In this document: positions 39,756 to 51,706 of the stretch, piece by piece
Layout of the letters: every line of letters begins with the position of its first letter
Numbering within the stretch: the stretch's first letter is position 1
Assembly: GCF_000181795.1 (NCBI RefSeq)
Contig: NW_003526941.1
Coordinates: 7,230,043-7,294,042 of the forward strand
From: Trichinella spiralis
Lineage: Eukaryota
Direction of reading: 5' to 3'
DNA length: 64,000 nt
Translations under genes and position numbers: made by a program
Notes under the pieces: model-generated
Told to the model about the DNA's origin: nothing
Seen by the model: the letters and a program-made list of their open reading frames with translations, nothing else
Databases searched by the model: none

Positions 39756-40614
39756 AAGCTGCAAGAAAAATGGACTGCAGAAAATGTGTATTTTCATTTC
39801 TAACAGTATTTATTTGAGCAGAACACACATTCCTTTACTACTGCTGTATCTGTATACAGCTATCTGTGCCTGTGGTATTACATCACTGAAGAAATGAAAG
39901 TTGTGGAATTTATTGGAACGAATGATCGTCGCTATTCATTTTAGGTGATTAGGTGTATTTTAAACGTAGTTGATTACACGAAGAATAATGTATGTGTTTT
40001 AGACGTAGTCAATAAAATGAAATGATGTCACTTTTGCTGAAGCGTTCACTGAAACATTGCGATGACATAATAATTTGTGGTGAAATCAATTCATTATTTC
40101 CTGTTCAGTAACTTAAAATTTGCTTTTGCAAGTTGGAACTTCATACCAAATGAAAAAAAATGAAATTAAAAAGAAAAGTAATCTTGCAACACCAAACCGT
40201 GTGAATTTTTGATTTTTTGAAAAAAGTTGATCAGCAATTTTTTCAATGATACATACAGATTTTTTTCTGACAAGCAATATGCAAATGGTATATTTTGACG
40301 TTTTGACATTCAGTGTGCATGAGTTTTATGAAATTGTGAATTATTTCGTTTTCTGTTGTTTCATACTTCGAAAGTCAACCCGGTGTGATGCATACGCATT
40401 GGATGCAGTTTTATACATATATTGAAAGTTCAGGCTAGTGGTGAGCTATAATAACTGAAAAGCAAATAAACGTCGAGGCCATGCTTGAAAATTATGGTAA
40501 ACAAGTTCGACGGCTTCACGTTCAGAAAACACAATATTCGCAACTTTAAATGTAGAATCACGGCATCAGCAAAATCATATCAGCGCAGCCATAAACGTTT
40601 TATTCTGCTGCAAT

Positions 40615-41928
40615 CTTTTTACTTTTTTCCAATGAGTTCTATTTATGTAGGTCATTTTTGAATTTTCAAAGTCCAACCTAAGACGTGCGGAGGTTTGTTT
40701 TGGCTAAATTAATTTTTTTGTTATGGCATTTTTTGTCCGATAGTTTATATTTTGACTGAATTTGAAATGTCAAGGTCAGTTTTGAATTTTCAAATAACTG
40801 TCATTGATTGTTTAATTTGCCTATTGTTAATTTAATTGTTTAATTAATTTTAAAATTGTTTATGCGAATTGCTTCTTCTAATCATTACTTTTTTTCTCTT
40901 CTTACAACAAGTCAGCATTTAATATAAAACGAGTATACATTTCATTTCTTACACTGTTTTTAGTATTTAAATTATACTTAGTAATAAAGATGAAATGACA
41001 GTGTCCGTATTGGGAAGTGTTTAGATGTTTGGCAAAACTGCAGTTAAATTTTTTCCTCAAATAGAATGCATTAGTTAAGTAAATCAAGCGCAATAAAAAA
41101 TATACAGTAGCCATATTTATCAGCAGAAACGAATGAAATAAAAATTTGCATGTTAAGTCGTTTGCTTTATTGACATAATTTTAGTTTGAGGCCGTCCGTG
41201 TATGAGAGCAGTGCGTTTTGATTGGAAAATTAACTGAAGACCAATATCAAATACCAAACACGAAATTTGCTTTTTATTCATTATTATTTTTTGGAATAAT
41301 TTCTGAAAAATAATTTTCCAATCAACATCCAAAGACAATGAACATTAACGATAGAAAATGACGCATTTGGCAGTAAGTTGCAGTTTTCTCATTTTTGAGT
41401 TTTAATCATTTAACACAATGCAATTGAGAATCGATATTGAGCATAATTTCTCAATAAATTCTCTGTGAAGAATTTTCAACATGAGATGATAGGTGACTTA
41501 ATAAACGACAAATTTCCGTACAATTAAGTGTGATTAAATACACCGTGTACACATTGTTTATCTATTATTAAAATACGGTCTTTCGAAAATCACCTTTGCA
41601 GTAGCTAACATGCACTTTTAGTTAACCCTAAGCAAGCTTTTGCCCGCAAATGGTTCACTTAAAATTAGCTTCATTTGAACCACTTGCTTTAATAGCTTAC
41701 GAAAATTTTCAGACACGTACGTGTGTTTTGTCTAAGTGAATTTTGTTTTGTTATGGCGTTTTTTGTCAGATAGTTTATATTTTGACTGAATTTGAAATGT
41801 CAAGGTCATTTTCAAATTTTCAAATAGTCCTTTCCTTATTGAGAGAATTTAGCACTGCATTTCTTCTGCTCATATTATGGCTTAGGTTAGACTTTATCTT
41901 CAGCCAAAAGTTCTGACGCACCTAAAAA
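40615..41928 (+). repeat. Dispersed ~1.3 kb repeat, copy B (paralogue of 23128-24379), cut off by an N gap
   Basis: Colinear with copy A. The internal ~105 bp direct repeat at ~40695-40796 and ~41724-41826 includes the identical stretch gatagtttatattttgactgaatttgaaatgtcaaggtca. Confidence 0.85.
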
Positions 41929-43218
41929 NNNNNNNNNNTTGTTGCTGTTGTTGTCGTTCAGTGTATCTAATCTGCTGAAAAAAAGCAACTGCTTTTTGTT
42001 TGGCTTGTTCAACTTTTGAATACCGTATCAGCACTTTTGTTTGACAGCCAACGTTTAACAACTGTCGCTAGTTGCAAGTTACCTCACTTTTTTGCTTTGT
42101 AACTTTTGCAAGAAAATAATAAGCGACGTTCTGATTGCAGTCGAACGTTCAGTTTATTTGGTATGTTTGCTTGTCAGGGAATTTAAATCTTTCACATTCT
42201 ATGTAAATTAGTGGACCAATAGAAAAGCATAATTTGTTGATCCAGCCAGATCAACCTACTATACCCCTTCGTCGAGAGAGAGAGAGCGGGGAGGGGGGGA
42301 AGGAAGAAAGGAAAGATGTTCACCAATGGTAGATGAATACGTTGGTCTTGTCACACACTGTTCAGTCGACCAGGTCAGCAACACCAACATGATCAACATA
42401 GCCTCAGGTCAGCAAATAATAATCATAACTTTTTGTTTCAATTATCATCGAACAATAGGAGAAAAGCAATTGGAACTTTTCACCCCTATTTCACAAAAGT
42501 AATGGTTCAAAATAATAAAAATAAAAAACAAATAATACATCCTGTGCGGTTATTATTTGGCAATAGGAACAGAAAACTAAATTCACAGCGGAAATGCATC
42601 TGTAATACACGGTTGATTAAATCTGGTACAAATTACTGATGCATCAACTACATTCTACTCAGTAAATCCTAATCCCCTCCCCCAACAAAATATCTTCATA
42701 GTNNNNNNNNNNNNNNNNNNNNNNNNNNNNNNNNNNNNNNNNNNNNNNNNNNNNNNNNNNNNNNNNNNNNNNNNNNNNNNNNNNNNNNNNNNNNNNNNNN
42801 NNNNNNNNNNNNNNNNNNNNNNNNNNNNNNNNNNNNNNNNNNNNNNNNNNNNNNNNNNNNNNNNNNNNNNNNNNNNNNNNNNNNNNNNNNNNNNNNNNNN
42901 NNNNNNNNNNNNNNNNNNNNNNNNNNNNNNNNNNNNNNNNNNNNNNNNNNNNNNNNNNNNNNNNNNNNNNNNNNNNNNNNNNNNNNNNNNNNNNNNNNNN
43001 NNNNNNNNNNNNNNNNNNNNNNNNNNNNNNNNNNNNNNNNNNNNNNNNNNNNNNNNNNNNNNNNNNNNNNNNNNNNNNNNNNNNNNNNNNNNNNNNNNNN
43101 NNNNNNNNNNNNNNNNNNNNNNNNNNNNNNNNNNNNNNNNNNNNNNNNNNNNNNNNNNNNNNNNNNNNNNNNNNNNNNNNNNNNNNNNNNNNNNNNNNNN
43201 NNNNNNNNNNNNNNNNNN

Positions 43219-43637
43219 TGGAGCACCAACGCCGGTAAAATCAGCCGCTCCAGTCTCCAAAGCGTTGTACATGGCATTTCTGTCTTTCACCCGAATCCAC
43301 TGGACATTATAATCCATCAAATAATGTAACACAACGTATATATATTCTGCATCAAGGCCGGGTCCGGGATTGGTGCAACCATTTGGATACGAAGTGAAGC
43401 AGTTTAATAGAAATGGGGGATTCACAAAACCGACAACACGAACCGTTCGATTCGACGCCTCGACCATTTTGCATACTAATTGGTGTACAGTTTGGAAACG
43501 ATCTTCAACAGCTCACCCAATACAGCAAACTCAACTGTTGAAATTTCCTCTACCAGTGAAAACGGCACAACAACAATTCGTTTTAATTTATCATAAAATT
43601 TTCCAATACGCTTGATCAACAGCAACAGACCGATCAT
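43219..43637 (-). CDS. 5' part of an ionotropic glutamate receptor / IR-like protein (S1 ligand-binding lobe), truncated by the assembly gap
   Basis: Exon 43517-43637 (ATG, MIGLLLLIKR...; donor GTGAGC) splices through a 41-nt intron to exon 43475 to <=43219: NRTVRVVGFVNPPFLLNC...GPGLDAEYIYVVLHYLMDYNVQWIRV...AMYNALETGAADFTG. This fits the periplasmic-binding-protein/iGluR S1 pattern (tlrV....pPF...G.d.e....l...l..........m...l..G.aD). Recognised by pattern only. Confidence 0.55.
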
Positions 43638-46600
43638 TGGTTGATTTATAAATTTTTCATCCACTCAGTACGTCAACTAATATAGCCTGGACACTATTGT
43701 TTTTCCACATGGTATTGTTCACAATTTAAATGCTGCTTGCCTATTTCTAATTTCCCTTTTTCTCCAGCAATCGAAACAAATGGCGCTCACAAGTGACATT
43801 AACACAATGATATGTGTTTTCAAGTATTGATCTTGAATAAATTTTTTTCCCCGCACAAAATTCCTATTCTGAACATTACATATCTAGAGCACAGTAATAA
43901 AGAAAAATCATAATAATAATGACAATTTCAGTTGCAAAACACACCGACTAAAAGTAAACCAAAAATGCTTTTATGACAAAAAAATATCCATCAAATTTGC
44001 ATATATTTTCATTTCAACAGCAGAGCAATTGCATCACCGACCTACAATGTTGAATTCATGACAGACTAATTAATTCATCATTTGGAGTTTTCTCTTTGGT
44101 TGATCTGAATTAAACGCGAATACTGAAATGAATTCAATTGCACACTTAAGTGCCGCTGATTAAATTTGCATGATTTTTGAAAACAAACCTGCATTCCTCT
44201 TTTCGGATATTGTAGGTCTGCTTTTCGAATTAAAGAAATAAAAAGCAAATGAAAGAAATTAAAAATTGAAACCAATTCCACCAACAACTAACAGATTCAT
44301 CAAAAGAAAAAGAGAAGTATCGTTATTGAATTTGTAAATTAAATTTAAATGACAAATCACCACTCTACAAAAGCGAATATTTTCCATTTGAACTAACAAA
44401 TTAAATTAACGTGTACATGGATGAATTTGCACCATAAGAATGGAAAAGAGCTATTTTTTTGAAGATAGCTTATTTCAAAAAAAAATAAAATTTAAATGAA
44501 ACGAATAATTTAGAAAAAGCAGCAAATTCAGAACAATTTGAGTTCTAATTTTTGTTGGACAAAAAGCAGAAATAAAAAATGAACTTTTGAAATTGTTTAA
44601 AAAATAAACAAAATACATTTTTTTGATGATAAAAAAGTAAAATACAAATCAATTTTTTGATGAAAATATGCACACACTCGCGTGCATGAAATCAGGGCAA
44701 AAATTGATGCTGTTGAAAGGGAATGGAAAAATTATACAACAATTCTATATTTGAATTTCAAATCTGTTATTATTGTAGCCAAGTTTTGTAGAGTTTGAAA
44801 TTTTTTTCCGTCCAACATTGGATATGCTGTGCGGCAGATTAAAATTAATTTTCCACATATGGTGGCCATTTTAGTAGCTCAAATTGAAACCGCTTCGTCT
44901 GTGTTCTACAACGAGTGCTGCTTGAACACTTGGAAAATGTAAAAACCCATTGAACTGAAATGAACTGGTTCAGCTGTTCTTGAGTGTTGTTCGTTTTAAA
45001 AGGGTTTTGCCTGATTTATTCGTCGATCTCTGCCTGCTCTTGCCACTTTTCCCTTCAACGGACAATTTTAGGATGAAAGAGGGGTTAAAAATCGAAATCT
45101 CCTCTCTCTCACTCTCTCGACCCGGTATATAAATATACATGTATATTCCACGGATCAAAGTAGCGCTGTTCGTCACGCCAAGGTCGGCATAATTTTCCGT
45201 TTTGCCACATATATGCACAAGCACCAGAATTGACAATTTGGTTACCATGGTAAGTTTTGGAACCTTGCGTACCGTGACCAACAAATATTACAATAAGAAT
45301 AGCTTTGTGAAATAGAACTGATGACGAAGAGCAGCACACTGTGATCAATCGGAAAGCGCACACGGCAACGGCAAGCTCACCAAGTGCACCTGTTCCGTCG
45401 ACCATTTCCACTTTGATTAGCTGACCAACAAATGATGGTCACAAGCTGACCGACGTTGATCCGTTGTACACCTGTGGACGTCGGTCACTGGCGACACAAT
45501 CTTTGATCAAAATGGTCTCGTCGGAGATGTCTGATTTTCATCAACGACTGTGCAACAAAATAGCGGAATTGCAACCAAACAAATAGCATGCTTATTCTAA
45601 GCTCTACATATTGGCAAATTCAGATTCATCGCAGCAACAACAACAACAACAATTAAATGTAATCAAATGATGATGCATGCGGAAAAAAATTCTACCAACA
45701 TCCTCCTGATAGAAAAAAATGCATTGTATCTATGTTGACCATGTCAATTGTATCGTCAGCTTATTCTCTATCGACCTCTGAACCTTGACACAGCAATTCA
45801 GTCAACTTCCTCACCAAATACTGACTGCTTTCAAAAGTATTTATACCGATCATCGATTGCCAACTATTCCGCATCTTTCTTTGGACAGCTGTTCACACCA
45901 AAAAGCGGCCTACGTTTGAATTTTCAGCACAACGAACACAGTGAAATGTTCTCTGCTTCTATTTATATGGATTGTGAAGACTAAATTTTTACTTTTTTTC
46001 GGGTAAAAATATTTTTTCCTATAATCTACATTTCATTGAATAGGAAGCAAACCATAATCGGTATCTGTGAACAAAAACAGTAGGTCATCACTGCTGTCCA
46101 CAGTAATATTCAACTGCCTCCAACCAACTAAAGGTAAGCGTTCAAAATCACAGCTATTCATTCATTCACTCGATGCATACAAGCACACAATTGTTGCCAG
46201 GTCATCATGACAATCAATGCAATTTAAGAGTAAGTAGTAAAATTGAACATTTATTGCCTTGCATTTGCAATGCACCTATTTTTTCAAACGAGCGCTCTTC
46301 TTATTTTTCATATCCTTTCTATTAATCAGTGAAGTTAAATTTTTTAAAAAAATGCAGAAATTCTCAATGAAACAGCAATATATTTTCGCTATTGGATAGA
46401 TGAATAGGCAAAATCACTACTACTCCCTACAATGCTCTATAATTTTAAGCATTTTTGAAAACTATTACTTTGCTCATATTATGAATGTAATGAATGAAAA
46501 TACGTCATAAGCATAACTAGCGAGCTGTATAGTTTGCTAATAATTTGAAATGTGACTCACTGAACGATGTGCACTCTTCCATGTATTGCTTCTACTCTAT

Positions 46601-49600
46601 AGTTGATTAGAGGTTTCTGGAAATTTTGAAAATTCTCAATTCAAAATTGTACCCATATTTTGTAAATAATGTTTACATTTAAACAATACAATGTGCAAAA
46701 ATTTCCAACTACAATTACCAATTGTTCGATGAGTTCGCATGCAACGCTTCAATTGTTGGTTCAAAATTAAGCTCAGTTGTAGAGGCTATTTTCTAAAATT
46801 TATTTCTTCCTTTCAGTTTCACTCTGCCGGTGCTGTTTGTTTGACTTGTTAAATGAAAATGTTTGAGCAATTTTTACATGATACCACAAAGATCATACTA
46901 TTCTGAGTGCATTGCTATGTAAAATTTTTCAGAAGAGATTTCTTCAACAAATGGAATTCATATTTAGGATAGATTCTTTCATCATAACTGTAAATTATAG
47001 TATTCACAACAGAGGATAAATAGAAAAAAAACAAAAATGAAGAATTATTAATTATTATTAAAAAGCAAAATTTGCAACAAATCTGTAAAATCAATTCCGC
47101 TGTACTCATTACTAATTGATGACAATTTGTAAATTACCTTTTTTAAAATAATCAATGACACTGCCATCGATCGAGACGAATCTTAATTTTGACAGCATCA
47201 GCAAAGGGGGTTGTTGGCATAAATAGATTTTTGCAGCCTTTGTGCAGTGGCAATTTCTGCTTGCGCTGCTGCTGCGGGTGATAGTGGTCAAGGCTGCGTA
47301 GAACATTGAACAGCAAAACAGTTTGGATGGGAATATTTTCAACGTTACATAAATCTGAATAAAATTTCTCATTCGCCTCCAGCAGATGTACTAATTTGAA
47401 AATCACTGTTCTTGAAACTGAGATATTCTATTCCTGTCACACTATTCAACCATCTCCAAACAATCATCTAATTGCGGAGAAAATCGATTCAAAATGATAG
47501 TGATGCAAATTTTCAACATTACTCATTATCACAATCATCATTCTTATCATTTCCTTTCGCCTTATTGAGTAACAAAATGAAAAACTCCAAAATTCACACA
47601 TAAATTATTGTAAAGAATAATTATGACCATATTTTGTAAAATTGTTAGAATAATTTTTCAAACAAAAAAAAAAGAAACGAGCGTTCAAAAATTCAAATTT
47701 CCCATATAAACTGAATTACACATTGCACGACAAGAATAATTTTTGCCCATGCTCTAAGGTAAACTTATTATTGAACAGTTTGGTTGCAAATAGGATTTTT
47801 GTGTACAGAATTTTGAAAAGGATAATTCTGCTAGTTTCTCTTGTGTGGAAGAATTGAAATTTTCTCTATCTACAGCACAGAAATAAGTTGTCAAACAATG
47901 CAGCTGGTCTAGTTGTGCAGTGTGCTGTGACAGTGACGTTGCATGGTCAGTTTGCGCAGAAATGATGAAATTTCTTTTGCAAAACTATACAAATGATACA
48001 TAAAGCTTGTGATCTATTCACATTTCAAGAATCATTTTCAACAAATATTATGATAATGATGAAAGAGAAAAAATTAAACAGAAATAAAAGTAAAATATTC
48101 ATTCGTTCGTTTGAGATTGGAAATTTAATACTTTTCAATTGGGAAAAATGATCATAATTTCACAGACAAAATTTGCCGAACACTAGCAATAAAATAACCA
48201 TCACAAGTGGACATGATTAAATGTTGTTTTCCAATTGTACATGGAATTGAGTGAATAGGATGGAAAACCTTGAAATAGCATTAAATCAGGTCCCTCGTTA
48301 GAACGACCTTGCCAGTATTGCAAAAGCTGCTACAACACTCTGCTGCTTCACTGTCAATTGCACGTCACGCATAAGTTAAAAGAAACATGCTCAGCAAGAA
48401 GTAGTAGNNNNNNNNNNNNNNNNNNNNNNNNNNNNNNNNNNNNNNNNNNNNNNNNNNNNNNNNNNNNNNNNNNNNNNNNNNNNNNNNNNNNNNNNNNNNN
48501 NNNNNNNNNNNNNNNNNNNNNNNNNNNNNNNNNNNNNNNNNNNNNNNNNNNNNNNNNNNNNNNNNNNNNNNNNNNNNNNNNNNNNNNNNNNNNNNNNNNN
48601 NNNNNNNNNNNNNNNNNNNNNNNNNNNNNNNNNNNNNNNNNNNNNNNNNNNNNNNNNNNNNNNNNNNNNNNNNNNNNNNNNNNNNNNNNNNNNNNNNNNN
48701 NTGGCGAACTTCAAAAATTCATGTATTTTAATTTTACTTTTTGAAATTTCTTAAATTGAAAAGGTAGACTCGTGACTTAAAAAATAAAAAAGTGAAAGAA
48801 TGATTCATCTCAAAAAACAAATACAATATTGTATTCGATGGGAATTCTGTGTGTGCATGAAGCATTTGAAGATAGATGATCATTTGGACTGGATTCAGTT
48901 TGTTTCGTTCATTTTATATTGAAATTCAAAAGTGATATCTAAAAATAATAAATTTAACGTAAAATTTTCAATTTAATGATATAGATTTAGTATGTTTTTT
49001 CTAGTTATAAAAGATTATTGTTTAACTTAACTCATGCATAGTTGCAGACAATACACATGTAGATAACATTCACTAATTTACTAGAAACATAAATTATAAC
49101 GTCAGACTTAAAAAAATGAGCAAAATACGATGCACCATTCTTTAGATAATAATTGAAAACTCTCAAAAAATAAGCAAAGCAAAATAACGTTATTTTTACT
49201 GGAAATGCTTTGCCGTTTTTACATGTACAGATTGATCAGAGTCGAGCATTTCAAAGCTCCTGGCTTACGTCATTGACATTTGAATCCAATTGACACTCAA
49301 TGATGACAATATGCAACATTTATGCTTATCCTATTCTGATTACTTGGTGGTGTTTTATTTCGCAGCTATAAAAATATAAAAATAACTCATTATATTTATA
49401 TTATGTTCTAGGGCAGCTTTTCATGCGAAAATTTTTCATTTCAACAAAGTTACTTTACCGTTCTTTGTTTCCGCTTTCCAAAAATAAGGAAATCAGATAA
49501 AGTAGCCACGCCATTTGTCAGCACCGAATTTGTCATGCATTTATTTGTACCTACCTGTACATGGCGTGTGCATACAATTTACAATCAACTCCAAAAGTTC

Positions 49601-50388
49601 CGACCGAAGCACTGATTTGTTTACTGAACAGATTAAAAGCACAATTTAATTTCCGCCATTCTCACTTTGTTTTCCACCGAAATGTAAGTCATGCAACGCT
49701 TCAGATGATGCGAACTTCCATTGTAGAACATTTTTTAAACCAAATCATAATTTTTCAAGTAGAATAACACTAAAAAGGTAAAATTAGTTAAAAGAACTAT
49801 TTACTTATTATAAATTATCTCCTCTTTGTTGTTAACTGTTTAAGTAATCATATTAGTAATAAATAGTATTATTATTAGTAGTAGTAATAATATTCTTGTC
49901 ATTATTGGATATTAATATCTTATTTTCAATTTGTTTCTTTTACTAAAATTACTAAAATGACAGAGCAATTAATACATCAAAGTATCAGTTGTATCATTAC
50001 AATCATGAAAGTATTATATTCAAAAGAATGATCGCATGAAATTTCAGAAAAAATTTTCCCCGTATAAAATAAATACACGCGCATACAAAAACACACACAC
50101 GCGCGCGCACACACGCAAACAAGCATGTGCGCACACAGATGAGGTTATCACCATTGGTCAAATGGTCACATGTTAAACTAATTATGTCCACTATTAAAAG
50201 TACGACCACGGTCGACGGTCTCGAACCGAGCGAACCATTGTCTCAGAATGGGTTGTTGCTAGCTTGTTGTCTTGACCGGCGGCCATGATTAGCTTCGTCA
50301 TATAGCGCCGCCTGTTGGCTTGGGTCAGCGGCGATTGGTCGACCACTAATGCTTTTTGCTAGTCAAGAAAGAAAGACAGACACACATT

Positions 50389-50389
<1 letters not shown>

Positions 50390-50441
<52 letters not shown>
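50390..50441. repeat. (CA)26 microsatellite
   Basis: Directly visible. Confidence 0.95.
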
Positions 50442-50442
<1 letters not shown>

Positions 50443-51189
50443 CCCCAGATGCACACACCCAAAAGCCAGAGAAGAAGAGAGGTAAGAAGAAGCAGAAAGA
50501 GAAAGAGAGAAAGTAGAAGAGAAGAGAAGCTTCTTCATTCAACCTTGGATAATGATATGCTTCTCTTTGGTCACTAATAAATTTTCCATGACTATGAAAA
50601 CTCGGCCACAGTGTCATAATTGATAAGCTTTAATGAGTGAGCCGTTGCTCTTTTGTTTTCCGTTTTTCTCATTCAAGAAGAATAATTGAAATTTATGAAA
50701 GAATTTTTTTTAAGAAAAGATAGAAATTACATATTGAAATGCTAAATGTGAGTGCTGTCGTCAAAGTTCAGTCAGTGTTGAGTGTGAAGTTAAAAAGAAG
50801 AAGAAGAAGATGATGATGCTGATGACGACGATGCAGATCACACTACTCCGGTCTAGTTGCGACGCGACATCTGCCATTGGAGAAATATGAAAGCAAAACA
50901 GAACAAAAGTGACAAAGCGCTGTTTGCTCGCTTGTCGGTTTGTCGGTTGTGCCATTAGTTAGCTAGTTTATTTCATCTAATCGTTGTCGTGCGTCCGTCA
51001 GCTCAAAAGACATATTTTCTTTTTGCTTTTCACTTGATGCCACGTTTCCATCGCGCATCCCGCGTCTCACTTGACCAATCTCATCCCACTGACCACTGTG
51101 CTGCTTGGAAATTTCATTTTGATCTGTTCTTTTTTTCAGATTGCTTTTCAACTGTCAAATATTCCTTTGAATAGTTGAAAATTTCAACC

Positions 51190-51661
51190 ATGACAAAGAA
51201 ACCGCCATCCACTAGGCGAAGATATTTTATTCCTACTTGTTGTTCAATATTTGCTTGCTTGCTTGTTACTGTCGGCGTCTGTTATAAACCTGATGCCACT
51301 GCAAAGCATGTTTCCACTGTCACCACTGCTGAACCTCAGGTAACTATTATTTTATTATTCATTATCATTTTATATACAGGCTTGTGCGCATATCAGTGCT
51401 TCCAACGCCGTCGCATGTCGAGGAATAATTTATTTTCTTTCGTCATTACGCGTAAAAAGATTGACATGGGAGGAGAACTTTGACCCAAATTGAACAAGCA
51501 CTTTGCCCTTTCCAAGCCACAGTGTGTCATCTGCGATGACAACTAGCCCGAGGTCGTATGGAGGACCTGATTTACGCAAAGCATTAGCTTAGCCTATATA
51601 TCTGAATCGGAAATCAATTGTGTGCAAAAAGTTTCATCAAAGAGAGGGAATGAGGGAGAAT

Positions 51662-51706
<45 letters not shown>

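Noticed and set aside
44970..47406. ORFs at 44970-45411 and 46915-47406 as upstream exons of the IR-like gene or a separate gene
   Set aside because: Splice phases could not be reconciled and no domain was recognisable.
48358..48744. Long ORFs spanning N runs (also 42696-43277)
   Set aside because: Artefacts of translating assembly gaps.
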